Positions 55,193 to 64,000 of a stretch of DNA of 64,000 nucleotides are shown in pieces. The notes beneath the pieces are model-generated. The model worked only from the letters and a program-made list of their open reading frames with translations. It made no database searches and was not told where the DNA came from. The position numbers were made by a program, and so were the translations under genes. How positions within the stretch are numbered: position 1 is the first letter of the stretch; every line of letters starts with the position of its first letter. The stretch is from Octopus sinensis. Its lineage: Eukaryota. The DNA lies in contig NC_042999.1 of the NCBI RefSeq assembly GCF_006345805.1, forward strand, positions 147,622,001 through 147,686,000. Reading direction: 5' to 3'.

Positions 55193-56034
55193 ATAGAGTC
55201 ACCAAGGTTTCGCATCCACAAAGCCATGTGGATAGCTCATCAGGCTCTATATATAGAGAAATATGTCTTAACAAAAAAATGTTAATGAGGATGTGCTATC
55301 TCCCCTGAACCAGAGGGGAAACAACTCATATAAACCTGAAGTGGCTTAACTAACAAACTGGGAGATCCAATTGTCCAGTAACTGGCGCTTGAAGTGGAGA
55401 CATTTAGAAAATATTTCGTTCCTACTATTTAATGCGCCAGGCTTCGTATAGTCCTTATGAATCTTGGCTCTCTCCGCGATGCAGATCTTGCAACGGCCAC
55501 TTCCATTAATATATGGGTCTAGATGATCAATTAATTTCCACCTGAGGTCACACGGGGTCCCTTGGTCTTTGAGGTGCCATACACGGCGGGCACGTGACAA
55601 CCATCTTTCTAGGACTCTGAAGGATGACTGGCGGTTAAGAAAACGTCGCTTGAAGGAAGTACTTGCAGATCCAATATATTTACAAATATGGTACGTGGCC
55701 CTAATCGCACTCCTGGTAACATATGGTGTAGGGCCGGTCATGCCATTAGTGTTGAAGGTAAATATTTGGTCATTATCCGCGGTGGTGGTACTAGGAACAG
55801 CGGATACCTCCTCTATGTCGCTAGTCCTGGATTAGTTATCATTTCTAGACTATACGAAACCTGGCGCGTTAAATAGTCGGAAAGAAATGTTTTCTAAACT
55901 TGTCCACTTCAAGTGCTAGCTACTGGAAAATTGGATCTCCCCGTCTGCTAGTTAGGCCTCTTCGGATCTATAAAAGTTGTTTTTCCCTCTTGTTCAGGGG
56001 AAATATCCTGTCCTCATTAACGTTTTTTCTTAAG
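55193..56034 (-). mobile_element. Penelope-like element 3' part: GIY-YIG remnant (55346-55741), HHR-like pseudo-LTR, inverted diverged copy
   Basis: KYIGSASTSFKRRF..SSF..VWHLKD..WKLI..GSGRCKICIAE..LNSRNEIFSKCLH. 55267-55453 is inverted at 55848-56034 (roughly 80% identical by eye). HHR-like motif at 55193-55250. Confidence 0.8.
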
Positions 56035-57838
56035 TTTATATTTCCAGTATATATATATCTCTTGTTGTAACCGTGAGAAATTTTCCTGATGCTCTGTTCC
56101 TCGAATTGACTAATCTTTTCTGCTCTAAATTCCTCCAGTACTTTTCTTGCTCACCCACTCTTTGTTTATATCATATTTTTACCATGTTCTCGATAAATAT
56201 TCTGGCTGGAATGAAGCTTTTCGCTTCCTTGAAAGAACCATTGTCGTTTTGCATTTCTGTAGATTCCTAGTTATTTAGCAAAGATTTTTTATTCCATGCA
56301 TTTCATGATTTCGCACGAATTAGTTTTACATCATTTTATTTTATTTATTTATCTATTTTTGATGAACATAGTAAAACTTGTTTCCCTTGTACTTGTGTCT
56401 CCTTTTCCTCGGTTGCTTCATTTTGTTATCGATTTCCTTAAAGCTAGAGATAGTATCCACTTCTTTTTATATTTTTATATAATCTGTACGTCTCTTTCCT
56501 ATATTTTGGTTTGGTTTTTGATATTTCCTATGTAAGGAGATCTGAAAAAATACATACTTTAGTAAATAAAGTGGTTTCTGCATATCTTCAGCCATTTATT
56601 GATGTTTGTATTTATGTTTGTATTTATTATAAATAAGTCTGTGGTGACCAGGACTGTACTTTACTTTCGTATTATTGTTGCTATTCTATCACTGAACGTT
56701 ATTCTTGGAAAGTGAGTTAAGAACAATTTTTTATTGCTTTTTGATTCTTTAAAATCCTTTTATTGTCACGGTCATTGCTTCCTTTTATGATCTTTTTCTT
56801 CGTATCTTGTATTCTCGCAATTTATTTTATTTATTTTATTTATATTTTTGTTTCTGTTGCCCTCATTTGGATTTTATCATTGTGCATTCAGCAGATGTAC
56901 CACATTTGGGATTTGTCGTGTTTCTTTGTATTTACTGTAATTTATTTTGGACATGCTAGGCTTCCATTCTCAATGATTTTAATGTAACTCGTTTTGTTTT
57001 CCTTAGGCTTTCCTACAGCATTGTTTCTTTACATAGTCCATTTCAATTTCTAAAACTTTTATTTCCATTTTATTCATTTTTCGTTTGAGCAATCTTCTTA
57101 AGTAGTTATTCCTTCCTAGCCATTTACTTAACTTATTTAGTATGTATTTTAACGGTATATTAATGCCCTGGACATTTCCCCCTCCAAATTTTATACGGAT
57201 ATATGTTAGTTCTCTTTTGCGTGGAGTCGTGTGTCGCTCCAAATATATTCATGAGTATAGAAAAATGCTCTCCTCGTGTCTAATTATGCATTCTCTTTTT
57301 GTTTACGTGACTTGAGAACTCAGGCTAGTCCTTTATTTAGATTGTCATAATTTTCGTACGGTACATGTTGTTCCTGTTTTCTTTTGAGTTTTTGTTTTTA
57401 GATTCATACGCACGTTCAGTTTGTACATTTTATGACATATTCTCACAGTACGCATTTCAATATCTTAAATGATATGCCTTTCATATGAATTATTTATTAG
57501 TTGTGTTTCTGAAAATGACAAAGGTAGATAGATTATTTAGAGATATAACGTTTTCCGATTGTTTGCTTACAAGTGGGATAAGACTGAGGATTAGGTATGG
57601 CTGTGTTGTTAAGAAGCTTGATGGCAGACATATAGTTTCCTGTACAGATCGGTACCATAATACAAGACACTTGCCTAATTTGTCCACAGTGAGACTGAAC
57701 GCTCAGAAGTGTGGTTTCGGGTCCAGTTTCCTTGTGGACATGTCAGTCAAATGTCTTTTTCTAAGTGCCGGCGCAAAACAATGCCATGTGGGTGAATTTG
57801 GAAAATATGAACTGCATGGGTCCCCCCAAATATATGTG

Positions 57839-57873
<35 letters not shown>

Positions 57874-57892
57874 GTATGTATATACAACCAGC

Positions 57893-58120
57893 TGCCATGC
57901 TTGATCGTTAAATCCACATTTTTTTTTAATTCTCTCTGTTTATTTTCTCTTATTCCTTTCTGTTGAAGTGTGTAGACTCTTAGCTACTACACACATTTTT
58001 TTCTCTCCTTGTTTTTTCTGTGTATCTTTCTGTAGAAGAGCGTAGGCTCGAAACGTAAAAAACATTTTCTATTCCTGAGCGTTATACTAATACATTTGTT
58101 TGTTTGTACGCCACCCCTTT
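57893..58120 (+). mobile_element. PLE pseudo-LTR family P, copy 4 (HHR-like motif 58026-58061; truncated second motif ~57956-57980)
   Basis: CTTT-CTGTAGAA-GAGC-GTAG-GCTC-GAAA-CG-TA-AAAA. Confidence 0.75.
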
Positions 58121-58952
58121 ATATATATATTGTTGATACCGGATTTCTCTATGTAAAATTCCCAATGTTGGTTCCTTCAGTCGTTGCATTTTATGGTAAT
58201 CGTATTTCAACGCCCATTTAAAGCTATAGTTTATTGCTCGGCTTCTTAAAGTGTAAAGTAAGTACTGATAATAAGAAGAATGAAGTTTTTGCACATTCAA
58301 AATATATTATACTTATATTCCAGTTAGCTTTCTCGTGCGAACGTGTTTCGATCATGCTAATTTCATAGTATTAGTACGATCTCCTCTAAGTTTATGAATA
58401 TGACATTGCCTAAAGAGGAAATTTTCTCTTTAATCAATGTCATATTAATATACCCTGAAGAGATCGTACTAATAATGTATAAATCGCTGCATATAAATAT
58501 GTAACACTGTGAAATTAGCACGATCGAAACATTTGTTGCACTATTATTATGTGAAAGATAACTAGAAATAAAGATAAAGTTTGAATTTCCAAATACTTCA
58601 TTTTTGCCTATTATTACTAGTGTATTTGTGTGTGTGTGTGTGTAGATTTAACTCACTATATGGGGACTCAACTAACCCGGTGGTGCTCATACAAAAATGT
58701 CCTTAATGAACTATACTACAAAACATATAGAATACTTAGGACGATACAGGGGAAACCATAAGTTTATAAATATATATATATCATTATTGATTTAAAAGAT
58801 TGCTTATATCTATACAGAAATATATTCGTACTTTATATATTATAAAATGCAATAAAATGAATTATCTTTACATGCTTTATGTTACAACTCTGTTGCTGTG
58901 ATTTTCCAAACGTTAAATAAATTTCACCATACTATTTCTCTTTCTCTCTCTG

Positions 58953-59018
<66 letters not shown>

Positions 59019-59030
59019 GTTTATATCTTT

Positions 59031-59185
59031 AAGAAGCTTGCTTCCTAACCTCAAGGTTTCGGGTTCAGTCCCACTGCATGGCACCTTGGGCAAGTGTCTT
59101 CAACTATAGCCTCGGGCCGACCAAAAATTTGTGAGTGAATTTGGTAGACGGAAACTGAAAGAAGCCCGTCGTGTGTGTATGTATG

Positions 59186-59216
<31 letters not shown>

Positions 59217-59333
59217 CTGTGTGTGTGTGTTGGTGTGTCTGTGTTTGTCCCTGTACCACCGTTTGACAACCGATGTTAGTATGTTTATGTCTCCGTAAGT
59301 TAGCGGTTCGACAAAATAGACCGATAGAATAAG
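59031..59333 (+). mobile_element. SINE family 1, truncated at both ends
   Basis: AAGAAGCTTGC..GGGTTCAGTCCC..CCTTGGGCAAGT..GATAGAATAAG. Confidence 0.85.
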
Positions 59334-61110
59334 GCTTTTGATAGTAATCCCCACATATGGATCCTAGAAACACTAGCCATGAACAAGGCAACAATCATAA
59401 AATATATAAAACACTCCATGAATAAATTGCAGACAGTGCTACAGCTCCAGACAAAAGATGGAGTCATAAAAACAAAGCCATCCCCATTAGAAGAGGAATA
59501 TTCCAGAAAGACACACTCACTCCACTCCTTTTCTGCTTGGTACTGACACTTTTATCTGACATGCTAAACAGAATTGGATGTGGATACAACTATTCGGCAA
59601 AACAATCAGCCACTTTTCATATATAGATGAGCTAAAACTGTACGCTACAATGATAAATAGCTGCAAACAATATTACACAAAATACATAGATTTACCAAAG
59701 AAATAAACATGAAATTTGGCTTAGGAAATTGTGCCAAAGTAATCTTGAAATGGGGAAAAATAGTTAAGTGTAGCAACATCACACTAGATAAAGTAAATGA
59801 AATAAGAGTTTTAGACCAAAGCCAGGCATATAAATACTTTGGAATCAATGATACAACACACACAAATGAAGATAACAAAAGAATACTATAGTCGAACTAG
59901 ATTTATACTGAAAACAGAGCTAAATGAGAGAAATAAGATAATAGATATTAACACTCTAGCCGTCCCAGTTATAAGTTAGAGCTACAATATTCTTAAATGG
60001 ATTCTAAATGAACTAATCAAATTAGACAGTAAAACAAGAAAAGTAATGAGAAGATTTAGGATGCACCACATCAGAAGCAAGGAAAACTAATACAAATAGC
60101 TACAAAACACAAACAAAACAAAAAAAAACTGTTTTCATTTTTTAAGGAAGCTGATAAATACAAAATAGAAGTCATCGTACCTAACAACTATGACGAAAAA
60201 GAAGAAACGACGGAAGCTGTAAAACAGCTGAAATCCAAATTAACACTGGAACAGCAACGGTTCATGATAAAATAAAGGCAAGAAAAGTCCCTTCATGGCA
60301 AATACTGCCCTAAACTAAACAGAAGAGATATAGAGAAAGCAAAATTCCAACAATGGCTAAGAAGATCAGGACTCAAAGCAGAGACTGGACGATCTTTAAA
60401 TGCAGTACGATACCAAAGCCTCCTCACAAGAAATTACCAAAAACATGTAGTGAAAAGAAATACAACAACTAACTGCAGAATATATGGTGATGGAGAAGAA
60501 ACAATAAATCACATAGCTTCTGGCTGTACGTTACTGGCGAAGAAGTAATATATACCCTGGAAGTTGTACCAACACTATGGAATAACAACAGGAAAAAGAA
60601 GGTATATTCGCACACCAGTAAAGGTCACAAAAAATGAGAAAGCTATCATACTCCGGGATATACCAATACACACAGATAGAGAAATTAAGGCCAATATGCT
60701 GGATATAGTTTTCAGAGATCACCAAGAACAAAATGTTTTCTCATTGATGCAACAATACCGGTAGATGACAACGTTTCTCTAAAAAACAACGAAGAAATTC
60801 AAAATACAAAGACCTGTAAATAGAAGTAACTCGAATGTGGAGTCTAAAAATATAAATAATTCCTATCATAGTAGGCGCATTTGATATGATAAAAAATATT
60901 CAGAGAAATACATTGCAAAAACAACAGGACGTACAAGTATATATAACGTACAAGAAATGTCACTATTAAGCACCGCAGAAATCGTAAGTAAAACATTTTC
61001 AATACAGTAAACATGAGAGCATCACAACAAACCACAGCATGTTCCCAAGGCACAGAGATCTGCGCTCGGTAGAGCAGTGAAAGCACGCAATAAAAATAAG
61101 ACTGCTACTT
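59331..61110 (+). mobile_element. 5'-truncated, decayed R4/Dong-like LINE (RT, CCHC, restriction-like endonuclease) ending in (AAT)n
   Basis: KAFDSNPHIWI..RRGIFQKDTLTPLLFCL..ISHFSYIDELKLYA..MKFGLGNCAK..YKYFGI; CRIYGDGEETINHIASGC; DIPIHTDREIKANMLDIV..LID.TIP; (AAT)n from 61111. Confidence 0.9.
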
Positions 61111-61175
61111 AATAATAATAATAATAATTATAAAAATAAAAATAATAATAATAACAATAATAATAATCCATGGAA

Positions 61176-61270
61176 AGCTATAGTAGAAGACACTTGCCCA
61201 AGATGTCATGTAGTGGGACTGAACTAGGAACCATGTGGTTGGGAAGTAAGCTTCTTACCACACAGCCATA
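61176..61270 (-). mobile_element. SINE family 1 head fragment
   Basis: Reverse complement of TGGCTGTGTGGTAAGAAGCTT..GTTCAGTCCC..TTGGGCAAGTGTCTTCTACTATAGC. Confidence 0.8.
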
Positions 61271-61336
61271 CAGATAGACATATACATAATCAGTGATATA
61301 TAAATGTATATGTGCATATGTACATACATACATACA

Positions 61337-61369
<33 letters not shown>

Positions 61370-61397
61370 GTGAGTGTGCGCATATATATTCACACAC

Positions 61398-61465
<68 letters not shown>

Positions 61466-62029
61466 ATATATATATATATGAGAATTCATCAATTATTATC
61501 GATCGGTTAACCCCGAGAGATTCCAACATGAATTTCTGAATATCGTGATAGTAATCCACACAGCATATTACAGATATCAAAATATCGACCAAACATTAAC
61601 AAGTTTATAATCTGATTTATAATCCCGATAATATTCCTTTTCTGTCTGACGGACAAATAGTAGATTTATATTGTATTCGAGCGCATACAATTTAATGAAA
61701 ATTAGGATATCATAACCGAAAGCATGTCATGCAAAACCCCGTTATTACGGGTGATTAGAGTAAATTTCGAGTATTGTTGATGAGATATTATATATCTGTT
61801 TGAAGATTAGTGATCAAAGAGAATATCAAAGTTCAATTAATATAAGCTGTTACATTGAATCACTACACAAGAAATATTATATAATCCATTGGTCATAAAT
61901 ATATTGCATAATGATTCAGGCACAATGAGACATGCAAATACACACTGAAACGTACACGAACACGCAAACACGCGTATATCATATCTCTATATGCACATAA
62001 ATGTATCTTCATATGAATTATATTTATAT

Positions 62030-62043
62030 ATGTGGGTGTGGGA

Positions 62044-62079
<36 letters not shown>

Positions 62080-62528
62080 CAGACCACGAAACATAGTTGA
62101 AATTTCTCCTATATATATATATATATATATATAAATATATATGTGTGTGTGTGTGTGTATGTATGTATGCATGTATATATGTATATATGTATATGTATAT
62201 ATATCTATATATATTATTATTAATTATATATATATATATACATATGTCTATCTATTTATCTGTCGATCTATCTTCCTCACATTCTATCAATTAATCTATG
62301 TGTGTATGTATGTATGTATGTATGCATGTATGTATGTATGTATGTATGTAGGCAGGCATGTGTGTGTGTGTGCATGTGAGTGTGTAGGGGTGAATGTTGT
62401 TTGTGGCTGTGTATTACATCTTAGCTGCCAGATATTTCAGTTTTGTTCACAAGTTTTATACATACAGAAACACCATACACATATATATATGTAGCTATAT
62501 AAATATATATGTATACATATGAATATAT

Positions 62529-62573
<45 letters not shown>

Positions 62574-62577
62574 ATTA

Positions 62578-62612
<35 letters not shown>

Positions 62613-62714
62613 ACATATATTATATATATATATATATTTTATATCTATATATATATATTTACATATATACATATGTGAGTTTGTGGATGGGTCACTCAAC
62701 ATATTTCGTAGTCG

Positions 62715-62750
<36 letters not shown>

Positions 62751-62940
62751 TTTAATCCAGTTTGATCTGATACCATGCAACTTAAGGTTATCTAAGCCTG
62801 AAGTGCCAGGTTCGCATAACACACACACACACATACATACACACACACACACACACACGCGCGCACGCACGCACACACATACACACATATATATTTATAT
62901 ATATATATGTTTGTGTGTGTATGTATGTATGGCTGGCTGG
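62030..62940. repeat. Mixed (TA)n/(TATG)n/(CA)n microsatellite cluster
   Basis: Direct reading. Confidence 0.9.
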
Positions 62941-63350
62941 ATGTATATGAGTGGATTTGTTGGTATTAGATTTATTGGAACATGACGTATATCTTCAGGT
63001 ACCTTGAAATTTCCAGAATGTGAAAGAATTCATCCAGTCATAAAGCAAATTCTATGTACCTACAATCCCGTGCACGCACGCACACGCCAAAAGATTTAAT
63101 CATTTGATAGAATCTTTGTTCAAAACAAAACAACCGAAACACACGGAACATATGTTGCAATGGCAAAGTACAAAGATCTAAGCGTCTTAGTACCTATATC
63201 AGATGACAATAGTTGTAGTTCTCATCAGTTTATGCAAGCTTTATCGATATAAAGACCGGATCAAAATATTTAAATACAAATACGTTCATTTGATTCATCC
63301 AAACCACAACCTACTTGTTTGAGTGTATGTATTCATATGTGCGCGTGTAT

Positions 63351-64000
63351 AGATTGGGTCATCCCGTAAATAATGCTATTTTTTCAATTGCATGAACTAA
63401 AAGTCAGATGGGGATAGATTAAACTACCCACATCAACTTGCTATAAATGCAGGTAGTAATTTTACCATGTTCTTATTCTTAGTGCATGTTTTGAAGAGAG
63501 CAGTTCTATTTTAACAGTTATTTTTTCAACGCTATAATGGAAGTGACAAACGGGCATGTTCGGCATATTTTGCTTTATGGGTTCAATAAAGGCAACAACG
63601 CAGTGGAAAATGCGAGGAATATTAATGCAATATATGGGGATCAGACAATAAGCCTCAGCCAGTGTCAACGGTTGTTCCAGTAAATCAGAGCCGGAAAATA
63701 CAGCCTAGAAGCCGATCCCCGCCTTGGAAGATCTGTAGAGTGCGACGAGGATATGCTGCAGATCCCATCTTAATTGTTGAGAAACTAGCAGAGAAGCTGG
63801 GATTTGGTCATTCATCTATTCATCGACACCTGCACTAGTAAAAAAACGATCATCTTTCGCTGGAAGACGAAAAGGTGTTCTTCCATCAGAATAATGCTCG
63901 GCCACATACAGAGAGGATGACATTCCAAATGCAGGAGCAGTTTGAAACGATTCCCCATCCCTCATATTCGCCGAACATTGCCCCATCTGATTATCATTTA
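63351..64000 (+). mobile_element. Internally deleted mariner transposon, running off the window end
   Basis: ATG at 63537: MEVTNGHVRHILLYGFNKGNNAVENARNINAIYG..SQCQRLFQ*; then FFHQNNARPH..PHPSYSPNIAPSDYHL (mariner YSPDLAP motif). Confidence 0.88.

Overview
AT-rich, microsatellite-saturated eukaryotic non-coding DNA. The SINE families and repeat landscape look like a coleoid cephalopod, probably Octopus (inference). I find no intact host gene; most ORF-track entries are translated microsatellites. The window holds two tRNA-derived SINE families, decayed Tc1/mariner transposons, CR1-, RTE- and R4/Dong-like LINE fragments, and several Penelope-like element (PLE) remnants. The most striking signal is hammerhead ribozymes (HHRs). 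Two unrelated, near-identical-copy, non-coding tandem elements (~489-nt unit at 12194-13703; ~362-nt unit at 29198-30408) each carry one type I HHR per unit. Both have the same architecture: an inverted 1.2-1.4-unit left arm joined to a ~1.9-unit right arm, inserted in (TA)n. This fits retrozyme-like or non-autonomous PLE RNAs copied from circular or multimeric templates. One HHR has a compensated U3-A8 core; the other has a 68-nt extended stem II. A third, four-copy HHR-like family has a non-canonical CUGUNGAA core and is physically linked to a PLE with RT and GIY-YIG remnants. All structures were paired by eye and none has been tested.
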